Origin: Amoebophrya sp. A120
Taxonomy: Eukaryota > Protista > Dinoflagellata
Assembly: GCA_905178155.1 (NCBI GenBank)
Contig: CAJINV010000008.1
Coordinates: 186,001-250,000 of the forward strand
DNA: 64,000 bases
Direction: 5' to 3'
In this document: positions 52,076 to 63,078 of the stretch, one piece after another
Layout: every line of letters begins with the position of its first letter
How positions within the stretch are numbered: position 1 is the first letter of the stretch
Translations under genes and position numbers: made by a program
Notes under the pieces: generated by a model
The model's input: the letters and a program-made list of their open reading frames with translations, nothing else
Told to the model about the DNA's origin: nothing
Databases searched by the model: none

Positions 52076-52711
52076 GGCCCGCCGCCCGGCGCCAGAACGC
52101 GGCCCCGCCGGTGCCAGCACGCAAGATGGCGGCAAAGGCCAACCTGCCAGCCGCGCCGGTGCCGGATCGTGGCCAAGCCAGTCTGGCGCTTTCAAAATCG
52201 CAGGCGGATGGGCCTGCCTGTGCTGAAGCGCCGGAACCGATTTTCCACAGATGGACGCTGAGTCTGTGCTACTATTCATCTAGCGGAATACTATTAAGTC
52301 TGCAGGTTACTGGACACGGGAAGCGGGATAAGGCTAGTACTGAACGAAGATAGGACTCTTTGGGATCTTCTTTGCAGCTTTAGTTTCAACTCTGCCGTTG
52401 CCTCTTGCACACTTCTTCATGTGAACCATTTTCTGTCTCTTCCAATCATGAAACTCCAGAATCATGTGCATAGATAGTACGTGGCTCTGTTCGTGGTAAG
52501 TAACCGACGTGATGCTGTGACTGTGGTTCTGTACTCAAGAACATTGTCATTGACTACTGTACTTGCGTGGCCGCGCCTCGACTCGTCCGTATTTGGCAAT
52601 AATTGCCTCTCTGAGACTCCAGGCGCAATACATTCCGTCTTCATCTTCTGTTTACCTGTATAGGCGGAGTGCTGTCCCGTTGTCTTTCACGTTTTGCAGC
52701 CCCATGCCTCG

Positions 52712-53023
52712 TCAGTGCGACCGTTCTTTTGTCGCCAGCAATTCCTCACTGAATTGCTGTAAGTGCTGATTTGATGCGCTGATTAGTCGGTCTATCTCTG
52801 AGTCGACGTACTTCAACACCAGATCCCGCAATGTACAATCTCCGTACTTCTGAATCAGCTCATGCAGCGCCGTTTTGTCAGTGCTTCCGCTTTCTTGTGG
52901 TCGATGGTTGAGGGACGGTTCGTGATTGTGGTTAGCATTGACTCCTGCACCGCTGCGCTTGAGACCAGTCGCGCTGCCCCCGGAACCTGTCTCAAAACTC
53001 GCTGAAGCTGTTGCACCCACCAT
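52712..53023 (-). CDS. Small hypothetical protein or exon
   Basis: ORF with a helical C-terminal half (LHELIQKYGDCTLRDLVLKYVDSEIDRLI). Gene structure unclear. Confidence 0.45.
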   Translation of the reverse strand: MVGATASASFETGSGGSATGLKRSGAGVNANHNHEPSLNHRPQESGSTDKTALHELIQKYGDCTLRDLVLKYVDSEIDRLISASNQHLQQFSEELLATKERSH

Positions 53024-53399
53024 GCTCTGCAAAGAACTTTAACTCAAGGACTACACCAATGAATTATCTTTGGTATTTGGGATTGGGACTACTGCAACAA
53101 ACTACTCACCCCCGCTGGATTGAAAAATGGGGTCAGCGTGGTTACTCTGGCTATGCTCGGTTTGGCGCGTGACACTTTTTTTCTCGCCCTCCTAATGATC
53201 TGCTACATAGAGATAGACATAGACATCATACAACAGGGACACATAAAACTCAGAAGGAAAAGCAAAGACAATTCGAAAGACAGAACCAAGTCACCTGTTT
53301 GAATTCCGCTCTTCGACCGAGAATCAGCTTCAAGTTCGTAAATGCGAATCTGACCACCTGCTGATACGAATCCGTATTCGAGTTTTATTTCGCAAGTAC

Positions 53400-54176
53400 A
53401 AAATATAGCCGCCGGGGCGGGGGTAGTGAGGTCGTGGGCGTTTTTTTTGCCGGCCGCAGCCTTGGCCGCGGCTTTGCTTTTTATGGGCTCGCCATACCGC
53501 CGTGAGTAACGTTATGCCGCACGGTATGGCGGCCACTTGGGAAACGTCGCAAATTTTGGCACATTTCCAAAATTCCTTTCCGAAAGCCAGCCCCGATGCT
53601 ATGGGGCCGATCCGGGTGCCACGGGGGGCGCCCAAAAAGCGAAGAAAAACCGGGCCCATAGCATGCGGATTGGCTTTGCGCGTCTGGCGCGCTTTTTATT
53701 TTTCGCGTTTTTATTTTTCACGCCGGCGCTTTTTGCAAAGCTTCCCAGGCTCTAAAACCGGCGAAAAGGCGGCCGCTTTCGCGGCCACCCAAAATACTCC
53801 GAAATCGCGGCCGTGCCGGGCTGTTTCGCTGTTCTGATTTTGGGCGCGTTTTTTGCGCGCCCCTTTTTGGGCGCCCCAAATCGCCAGAAACCAAGGCGGC
53901 GGGCGCCTCAGAAGGGCGCCCCTTTTGCCGGCTCCCCTGCGTCGTTTTATCAAGTGCGAATCGATAGTTTTCAACCGGGCTTGTTTGATGGCAACGCCCC
54001 GGCCGCTTGACAATTGAAAATTTTTTCTGTCAAAAAACACTTCCGCCCGCTTCAAAACTGCCGGTCGTTTTTCACGGGAGGTGGCAAAAAAACTCCCCGG
54101 TTAGAACCGTTCGGTGACCTCACTACATATTACGTACTGACAGACTCACTCACTCACATGGCAATATTATTTATAC
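53400..54176 (-). mobile_element. Helentron/HINE-like non-autonomous element
   Basis: 11-bp subterminal IR GTAGTGAGGTC (53423-53433, inverted at 54116-54126). GC hairpin CCGCCGGGGCGG followed by a T-run at one end; (GAGT)n/GTCT microsatellite at the other. Confidence 0.55.
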
Positions 54177-55415
54177 TTATCTTCCTATGTCTATATCGCC
54201 ACCTCGCAGCCGATAATCCACCTTCCTTGGCACAATTTTTGCATCGCGAATCATGTGTGACGTTTTCTGCGCATCTATCTGATTTGTGTGAGTGGCTGCA
54301 CAGTGCAGTCCGGGCGGGGCGTGGATTCCACTTCATCGACGCTATCAAAGATGACTCATCGTTCATCGAACACGCTCCATTGCTTGGCGTTTCACTCAGG
54401 CACGAACGATGCCGAACAGGAGCCACAATCGAGTAATGAGCGATGAATTTCGCCAGCGATTCATTGTGTCAGTGTCGAATCGAATTTCGACTCGGAGTTG
54501 TCTTCAGATCCATAGACTGACCTAAGTGAATGTCATTATTTTCCAGGTAGCAACATGGCCTCAAAGAATTCGCTTGTAGCTGCAGTGGTGCTAGTTTATG
54601 TGGCTATCACTGTACGCAAAAAGTCCTCCAAAACGGATTTTTTTACTCTCTGCCGGCGGTTGTTGTTAGGAATACACACCTGCTGTAGTTTTGCTCAACT
54701 TGACTATAACGGCGCAGCCGGTGCCGTTTCTGCAGCTGCAGTATGAACTGGAGTTTCACCAGCGCAGCAAGAATTCATGTACAACATCTCTCGCAAAAGA
54801 CAGCAGGTACAGAGTCCTTGTTTGCCGTAGTCGAATTCTTGGAAAAAGCAGGCTCTACACTTTGTCATTTTTCGTGAAAAAAAACGCTATTTTTTTCAAG
54901 AAAAACCGGTAAGGCCGCCCGTAGAGTTGATCGGACAGGAGCTATCCATGTAGTCAGCGCAGAGTAGAAAGCCGGGTATATGGCGCTTTGACGGACCGTT
55001 TTGTTGACAATGGAAATACGTACAGGTACACCGAAAACGCAAAATTTAAATTTACAATTGGATAAAAACATTGTTGATAAAAAATGGTCGCTTGTTAGCT
55101 TTGAAGCAGGCGAAATGTGACAAAGAGAAGAAACAGAATTTCCTGTTATTGCAAGCTATATCCTCCGGTCTTGCTTGCGAGCTGCTCCACTTTTCATTTC
55201 CTAGCAGCTACTGTGAAAAACGAAAGAAAACAAACCATGTGGTGAACTTAACTCGGATTTACTTTTATTGTCGTTTGATTGAATCAAAATGCTTTTTAAT
55301 AAATTGGGACGTCACATAGCAAACGGCAGCCTTAGTGTAAAAAAACTATGAAGTGTCCAAGGAGATCAACAGTATGCCGCCGGCGAGCACGAAACAGAAC
55401 TAGCTTTTCTCGCGA

Positions 55416-58260
55416 CTACAACTCCTCCTGGGAATCCGGCAAGGCATCCTCGTCCAGGGCATCCTCCTCCTCGGGGTCCATCTCGTCGAGCTTGTCGAGT
55501 TCATCCAGCTCCGGCATGGGCTCCAACTTGCCCGAAGCGATGTCACCCAAGAACGTCTCCACGGCCTCGGCGGTAAGCTTTGCCGGCTCGTCGCTGAAGC
55601 TGCGCACAAACTTCTCGACCTAGTTAGGTTTTCGTTTTTGGTGGGAGTAGATGATTTACTGAATACTTTTTTGAATTTTAAATGATCACACGCAAAAGCA
55701 CTGCTATTGCAACCCCGCGGCCGGTATAAACATGCATATTCTTTTTACCACACTCCCAGTATCACCTTTCTACGAGGCTACCAGTCGAACTTGAAAAAAA
55801 TATCGATTGCAAAATCCTACCTTCGCTTCGGACTCGCCCATTAAGTCGCCGCGCTGCAGGACAATCGTGGGGTAGTTGGCGCAGCCCAACTCTTCTCGCG
55901 CATGAGCTTCAAACTCGGCGACATCCAACCACACAAATGGAAAGCTGTAATTTTTAGTTTTCGACATCTTTAGTAGAGTTGACGTGCCTGCGGCTACGAG
56001 ACGTCAATGCTGTCCCTCGCACATCGGTGACTCAATGCGCAAACAACGTCAATCTAACCACCTCGGTCTTGCACCCGGGTGACCAATGTAGTCTATTGCT
56101 CTAGATGAAACACAAACACACCCAAGATTCTACAAAAGATATTAAAGTGTATCAAGTGATTTTTGCGTTTAATCATATGCAAGAACGTATCACTGCTTTG
56201 CTTGGGCCACTTCTAAGTACTCTAATTTTATTAGCAAGTACACGTCCTTTCCAGCAGCTGCCTGCTTCTTGTAGGCCTCCACCAAAGCCGGGGACACGGA
56301 AGTGAGCTGCTGCTCGATGGTGACCGGGTCGAGGCACACCCAGAACAAGCCCTTTGACGCTCGCTCCACGTAGAGCTCAAAGTTGTCTTCGTTGATCTGC
56401 CCGAAGAGTGGAATGCGCTCACTCTTCACCCAAGCGTCCAAAGCAGCCGTTTCGAACGCGCCACTGTACTTGATCTGTGATTTTTTGTTATTTTTTTTTC
56501 TGAAGACGAGCGAAGACCATGTTCTCCTACCCCGGCTTTCCTTGGCACTAGTTTCAGTTGCATGTTCGTACGGAAGGAGAAATCTCGCAAAAGCTAGGAA
56601 ACCTAAACCCCAGGCAAAGTGAAACAGTACGTAGCGCCCTGTCACGACAAAAACTCTAATAAGCATCAAGGAACTGCCACGGATAAGTACACTCTCTGCT
56701 GTTCCACGATAGAGATCCACACTGGTGGACGCCGCTTCGGAGTACACAAAGTGAGTCATGGTTGTGTTCGTCGCGACCTCAGTAATCGACTCGAGCAGGC
56801 TCTTGTCCCCCTTCGCGACCACAAGTCCCTGAGACCACTTTCGCTCCTTAAGCGCCTCGCCAATCTCCGCTTCCGTCAGGGTCTTCACCACTGTATAATT
56901 TTATTTGCATCTGATTTCAATTTACATTTAGTGCGCTTTTTGTACAAGCGTCCATGGCTACCTCCTGCAATTATTTTCATGTTTAGGAGAAAAAAGTTTT
57001 GAAGAAAGCAGTAACACTCGAGAAGTACCTGGTCCCATGTTCCCTTTGACCCATTCCACGATTCCGTCTGCAGATCGGGGTCCGGAATACTCCTTCTTCT
57101 GTCCCTTGACAAATCACTATGCATTTAAAAACACTTACACCCCCCTCTCAAGTATCACGCTTCGCGATCCTGACAGTTGCACGCAGCTGTGTTTTCTGAC
57201 ACCTCTCCAGCTAAAAATAAAAACTTGAAACAGAGCGAAGTCAGCATACCCGCTGCAAATACGGCAGAAACAGAGCCACGAAAGAGAGATACTTGGTACG
57301 AGTTGGAGTATGTTGCTAAATTTGAATTCCATAGCCAATAAAGTGTGGGGTACCCCTCGACCTTGTAAGTGGTAGCCAAGTCGTTTATGAAATCCAAAAC
57401 CTCCGAGAATCCCCTGTTCGTGCAGATCAACTTCATTTTTCTTATTCGCCGATGGCGATCATGAAATATATACAAATTCCGATATTATCAAATCGCTGCA
57501 TTACAAAAATCATGGTCAAAGATACATACTCAATGCAAGACCTGCCTCATTTTGTTTTTGTACGATCAATTGACTTTTTGTACCCAATACCAGACGTTCA
57601 TTCGTCATTTACTGGTAATAGTGGTAGTGCGACGAGGTCGCAGAATCGACAACCAAGTGAGAGCACGTCTTCTTCCTTTGCTAGCAGGAGAAGTGATGCA
57701 AAACGAGGGATTCATCACAGCTTGCGTCTCGTATCTGTCTCGACCGTTGCATCCACCTCTGCCAGCACAACTCCATCTTCTTTCAACTTCGCTGCGGCTT
57801 CGATGTAGTCTCCGGCCATCGACTGTATAAAAAATTAGATATGGTTATCAGTTTAGAATTAGTTTTGGGTAGCAAGCAGGGTAGCAACGTATTCGCGAAA
57901 TGGTCCACTTCTGACTTACATTTCGTTTCGCCGTTGGCAAAGAGTAGTAAAGTACGAGCGCAAGCTAGCTTTATAACACATCGCCTTTTTCTTCGACGGC
58001 TCTCATCTAGCCCGTCGCAAATTGTATTCTTGCGAAGCCGAACCTCTTCTGGTACTTTTCGAATCTAAACATCTTCACGGCTTTGTGTATACCTTGCAGT
58101 GTCCGCACCACGGTGCATAGAACTTGACAAGTACGTACTCGCTGGACAGAACCTCGTCGGCATTGCTACTTGTCATCTGCACCACATCTGACGCGTCTTC
58201 CGCCAAGATCGCTACTGGCAGCAACCCACCGGCTGCCAAAAGGTGTCGCAAAACGCCCAT
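55416..58260 (-). CDS. Protein disulfide isomerase family protein, a-b-b' plus acidic tail, 8 exons (58260-58093, 57822-57736, 57382-57335, 57113-57029, 56890-56691, 56474-56242, 55944-55821, 55619-55416; 382 aa)
   Basis: Signal peptide; VKFYAPWCGHCK; LAEVDATVET|DLATTYKVEGYPTLYW|FVKGQKKEYSGPRSADGIVEWV; C-terminal QEEL ER-retention-like signal. Exons sum to 1149 nt. Confidence 0.9.
57114..57334 (-). other. Non-canonical intron (CT..GA) with terminal IR
   Basis: IR CTATGGAATTCAAA vs CTATGCATTTAAAA; flanks TGG and TGA. Needed to give GYPTLYW|FVKG. Confidence 0.7.
57383..57735 (-). other. Non-canonical intron (GA..AC, slidable by 2 nt) with degenerate IR
   Basis: Restores VDATVET|DLA with standard thioredoxin-domain spacing. 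Confidence 0.65.
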
Positions 58261-59191
58261 TCTGCTGCGCGTTCACTTATTCACTCAGCTCCGGACTTCA
58301 AACAAACCCTGAAGGCCTCCGGACTAGCACGAATGCGTAGTCAGCGCACACTGTACTGCTGGTAACGACGTCACAACGGGTAAAAAAAAACTGCAATCAG
58401 GACCGCGAAATATTTATTCCAAAAGTAGAATCACAACAGGTCGAAATGAGATTGCGAGATCGTGTGGCAACAATATGATTAAAATGAAAAGAACTCGACA
58501 GCTACATGAGATACCTACTAAATTGCACAGAGTCTATGAAAATCTTTCGTGTGCCACCGCCTGTGCCAGAGTTTCGAAAAAAAGAACACTTGTAGAATCT
58601 TTCGTTCAGATGATGCACGCATCATTTTCTTCGTGAGACAGGGTCATCTATGAAACATGCCTGTAGTGCTGCGAAAAAACCTTGATTGATCTGCGACAAC
58701 AGTCCTAAAAAACTGATCATCTCCCCCGCGGGTCGAGGTCGCCGTATCACCTCACTGATTCTAATTCTAAATTGGAGCTTCGCTTTCAAAGTACGCCACG
58801 ACGAGGTAAAATCAGTGGCTGAGCCTTGGGCCGAAAAATATTAAGAAAGTGCAAGTCATCCCTGTTCGCAGAAGGACAAAATGCAGAGATTTGTTGTTGT
58901 GCGGGGGGTAAACATGTTATGCACAGCAATCAACACAGAAAATCTAGTTCGTTCTTCTCCTTCTAGATCTCGGCAAATAAGAAATATTGCATGAGTGGGA
59001 ACGAAGAGATAGAGATACCTCGGCAACCATCTTCAAGAAGGTCAACTTCACGTCCGTGGGAGTCATTCTCCAAATGGAAAAATAAGTGAGAAACGGCTCT
59101 CGCTACCAGGCGACGATCTATAAATTTGTGGTCGGCATGATGTGACAGCTCACTGCTGAACTGTCATATAAAGCGAAAAAAACCTTGTTCG

Positions 59192-61567
59192 TCATACCGC
59201 CGAAGGTTTTCCCGGCACCCAGAGGCCGTCCCATTGTTGTACCAAGTCTCCGTACATTGTTTGTCGCGTGTGCGCGGCACTGCTACTGGGAAAATGCTCT
59301 CCGTCGAGTCCCAAATGGACCGCTTGCCGCAGTAAAAGATCTCCGATGCTCGTAGTATCGTATATTCCGTCTGATGGCAACTTTACGGTCGACGAAGCCA
59401 GGTTTCTTAATCGAGCTCGCGACGCTTCTCTGTGTTCCCTCCACAACGTTGCGCGACAAAAAGCCACTTCCTCCGCGTCCGCAGCGCCACCGAACTCAAT
59501 TTGCATCTGCTGTAAGAGGCTCCACGCACCGAGAAACTCTTCTGCTGTCACACCATGGCCCTCGATCCAGTTCAAGAAAACTTCCAGCACTTTTGACGGA
59601 ACTGTCCGCCAAGACGTCGCCGTTATTTTATCGGCGAGCTCAACGGGTGAGAGCGGTGCTGTCCCTACAGAAGATGCCGTCCCAGCAGAGACCCCGGATG
59701 CCGTCGTTGACACACTAGCTCGAGCTACCTCCGGTCGTCCTGGAGACTTGCCACTCGTTCCGCCACTTGCTCTTGCAGGGGCTCCTGCGTCAGATGATGA
59801 CTGTGCTTTCGCTTCAGCGACTGCCACAGCACCCTCGGAAGGTGCTTGGGCCGTGCTTGTACTCGACCGCGAGTTTCGGCGATTATGATTATCCTCACGC
59901 AACCATAGCCAAGGGTGAGACGTGCCTGCATTCATTTTCTGCCCAGTGCCGCTGTCAGAAGCAGCAGAAACTCCTTCTCCTTTGCCAAGAGAAATTGACA
60001 GTGAGTTATTTCTCTCGGAGCGGGATAGCTTGTTCAGCAGCGCTTCCGCGTACGTGCGCAAATAGACATCTGCATCCGCGGTCGCAAAAAGCGTCTGCAG
60101 CAACAAGTCCGGCTCCTCGCAAATCAGCTGGGCAACGTGGGCCACCAGGGGACGTTGTTTCCACAACGCGCAACGATTTTCTTGTCGCTGCGGCTCGACC
60201 TCGGGGACCAGCGGAGATTGCCATCCCCGCCGAAGTCCTCTCTTCTCAAAGAAGTTGTCGACCATTGCTCTCTTCTTCTTGAAATCCTTGCTTCCTTTCC
60301 GCCACTCGCGCTTCTGCACCCAGGAAGAAGTCGCGTAATCATAGACAGCGCAGCGGTGCACCTGCTTCCGAAACACGTATTCCAGTGTGCATCTTTCGTT
60401 GTCTTTCCACCTTCGGGAACCGTGAGAGACGCGCATCTCGTCAGCCTTTGGCTTTGCCTGCGCGCCCGCGCGCGAAAAATCAGAACCTCCAGACACAATT
60501 CGCTTCGCGATCATGATTTCGAACATATCCTCTTTGCTTGGTCGTGCTGGTCTGGCGGTCCCCGGTCTGTTCGTCGTGTTCGTGTAGCCAAAAGATGCCG
60601 ATGCTCGTGCTTTCTCGCCGCCTTTTGGCAGTTGCTTTCCGTTTCGTCCTTCCGATGCTGTCGTTTTTTTCTTGCCGTTGCCTTTGGATGATGTATTGGT
60701 GTCCTTGTCCTTGATAGGAGTGCTGTCCTGAAGATGCACTGCATTGCCTCTAGATCCGGGCGAGAGCAGGGCCTGCTGCTCGACACCTTCGCGTTTTTGT
60801 GTGTGTGCTGTCGCTTGCAGCTGTGGCTCAATTTGTAGCGCATCGCTCTGGGTCGGATGAGAAGAGGCCGAGTAAAGAGGAAGATGTTGAGCGCCACCGC
60901 TGGCAAAAGAAAACAATGCTTGATCATGTTGAGAGTTGGCGTCGTACCAGAAAGAGGAAGAAGCAGGGAACCCGCCTCCATGAGCGGGATACTCTATTTC
61001 GGGTTCGGCTGTGACATCAGCGTACTCAAGATTGTAATTCTCGGCAGGAGGAGGAAAGCTTTGAAAGCTTTCCGGTGCTTGCGCCGCGGTTGCTAACATG
61101 AGGTGTGTCTGGTGGGTCATCGCCCCCGCCGGTATAATGTAATTGACGTCAACTGGCGGTACCATTTCTCGGCCGGGCAGAATGGAAGTGGGAAAATTGC
61201 CATCAAGAGAACCTGCTGGTGCGAAGGAAGGCGGCACCATCACGTGTCGCGCAGGAAGCTGCACAGCAGTCGCGCCGGCAAACTGCAAGTCGCACCACGT
61301 AGCAAAATCAGGAAACCCAGCATCCGCTTCTCCAACGCGAGTTCCAGTTTCCGAGCGGCGCTGCTGTTGATACAATTGTTGCATCACAGGATCATCATAC
61401 ATCATCCGACGCACGTGGTCTCCGAGTAGTTGTTCAGGTGGAGGTCGCGGGACAAAATGAGCAATGTGCTCTTCATACGGAGGCTGCGGCAACGCCACGC
61501 CTCCAGCTGCTGCAATAATTGAATATCTGCTCGAATCCATGATATCCTCGGTTTTGCTTTTGCCCAT
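59192..61567 (-). CDS. Hypothetical protein (~790 aa, intronless) with a basic Trp-rich central domain
   Basis: 807-codon stop-free ORF; ATG at 61567. No family recognised. Confidence 0.75.
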   Translation of the reverse strand: MGKSKTEDIMDSSRYSIIAAAGGVALPQPPYEEHIAHFVPRPPPEQLLGDHVRRMMYDDPVMQQLYQQQRRSETGTRVGEADAGFPDFATWCDLQFAGATAVQLPARHVMVPPSFAPAGSLDGNFPTSILPGREMVPPVDVNYIIPAGAMTHQTHLMLATAAQAPESFQSFPPPAENYNLEYADVTAEPEIEYPAHGGGFPASSSFWYDANSQHDQALFSFASGGAQHLPLYSASSHPTQSDALQIEPQLQATAHTQKREGVEQQALLSPGSRGNAVHLQDSTPIKDKDTNTSSKGNGKKKTTASEGRNGKQLPKGGEKARASASFGYTNTTNRPGTARPARPSKEDMFEIMIAKRIVSGGSDFSRAGAQAKPKADEMRVSHGSRRWKDNERCTLEYVFRKQVHRCAVYDYATSSWVQKREWRKGSKDFKKKRAMVDNFFEKRGLRRGWQSPLVPEVEPQRQENRCALWKQRPLVAHVAQLICEEPDLLLQTLFATADADVYLRTYAEALLNKLSRSERNNSLSISLGKGEGVSAASDSGTGQKMNAGTSHPWLWLREDNHNRRNSRSSTSTAQAPSEGAVAVAEAKAQSSSDAGAPARASGGTSGKSPGRPEVARASVSTTASGVSAGTASSVGTAPLSPVELADKITATSWRTVPSKVLEVFLNWIEGHGVTAEEFLGAWSLLQQMQIEFGGAADAEEVAFCRATLWREHREASRARLRNLASSTVKLPSDGIYDTTSIGDLLLRQAVHLGLDGEHFPSSSAAHTRQTMYGDLVQQWDGLWVPGKPSAV

Positions 61568-63078
61568 GGTGTGAGCGATTGCGATATGCCTAAAACGAGA
61601 ACAAATACAAGACACTAACTCGAATATTTGATGGAGGTACTAGTACAAGTGAAGGAAAAGGAAAACGACATATTATAAGTTTAATAACAAGTTGCTGTTC
61701 TATCGCTGGGACTTCTAGGGGATAGGGAAAACCAGAAATCCTGAAGACAATTTGAAAAAAAAAATACGCAGCTTCAGCTGACAAGATGTCAACTTGATTA
61801 CAAGATGCGCTGACGACTAGAAGGTGGATAATATCTGAAGAAATTTCGGCTCCCGTTACCTTCTTTCGAAACGATGCTAAAAATTGCTGTCGTGGCCGCA
61901 TCCTTTTCATCTTTTTTGCTCGAGGAGAAAAAAGAAACGCATGGAGCGTGGTGAAGGTGAAGCTCAAGCTATGACATTATACTATCGTGAAGCTTAAGAA
62001 CCGACATGTGACTGGAGACTAGCTACCAGCGACCGAGAAAGGGTGTCATCTGGGTTGTGAACTTCTCACGACCGAGGAAGGGTTTTGAACTTCTTGCAGC
62101 AGACCGATGACTGATCTTTAGCGCCTACTCGCCGGACATCAGATTCGTTTCATACATAGTGTTCCACGTTTTTTCATCGCTCGATTCAGAGAGAATTTGA
62201 ATTTCCTTCATCATCATCTTCTAATCATCCTTTTTGTATAGTTAGAAGCCGCATAGTGCACATCGATCGTGCGACGTAAAAAGAGGTGCGACAGAGCGAC
62301 GATAGAAGCCGACGACGACTGGCAGTGGTCGTCCACACGGCAACTCGGTCGCGTCATTTCTCTGCTGAGAAAATCCCAGGACTACCCCGGCACAGCTTCG
62401 GCACGACTTTAATTGGTTATAGAAAGTGAAGCTGTTGTAAATGCGTTCTTCAGAAAAAAAAATCCCGATCGTGCACGCAAAGCTTTATACCTGGTTTCGC
62501 TACTTTTACTTTAACTTTCGTGCGTGAAAATATTACACGTGTATTACATCAGAGAGCGACGATTCTTGGCGGCGATGAACTACGAGTCCACTAGTTCGTT
62601 GTAGCTCATGACGTTGATTGTCTTCCTTGTCACTCACCAAATTGAATGATTTACTCCGCTACTTTTCGTACTACGAAATCACAAAAACTTAGAAGTGGAG
62701 CCTGTCACGACGCTACGGGTCGGAATTCAATCTTGTCTGAAATGTCACGACATCGCACGCACGCTAATCGCCGACAATGAGTGTTCGTGCGACGACCTCG
62801 AGCAGCGCGAGGACCAACACCAGCGCAGTGCATTTATTTCCCAAAAAGAAAAAGAGACGAAGCACCAGTACGTGGAAAAACTCGGATCCTTCGCTTTGCG
62901 TGAGGTGTCGTTCTTGAAAGAAAACTTTGATTACGGAAACATGTCCTAGCCATGTGGAGGAGCTCAGACAGCTTCCGGCGGTTCTTGGTGCCGTGTCCGC
63001 GTCAAATCCGGGGCCCATCCCCGACCACGGATTTCTATCTTGTTTTGTATTGTAGCACCACACCAGCCAAGACTATGC

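Larger units (their letters stand above)
50022..52297. mobile_element. ~2.27-kb TTAA-flanked non-autonomous element carrying four tandem arrays
   Basis: Left end TTAA-TAGTATCCCGC, right end GCGGAATACTA-TTAA (11-bp TIR with 1 mismatch). Confidence 0.65.

Noticed and set aside
49936-52353. 702-aa, 639-aa and 507-aa ORFs
   Set aside because: They are products of stop-free tandem repeats that are open on both strands, with no domain content.
54867-54906. A/T-run hairpin resembling an intrinsic terminator
   Set aside because: Low-complexity stem in a eukaryotic intergenic region; likely chance.
57380-57735. U12-type AT-AC intron
   Set aside because: The AT and AC are in incompatible phases and there is no ATATCCTT donor consensus.
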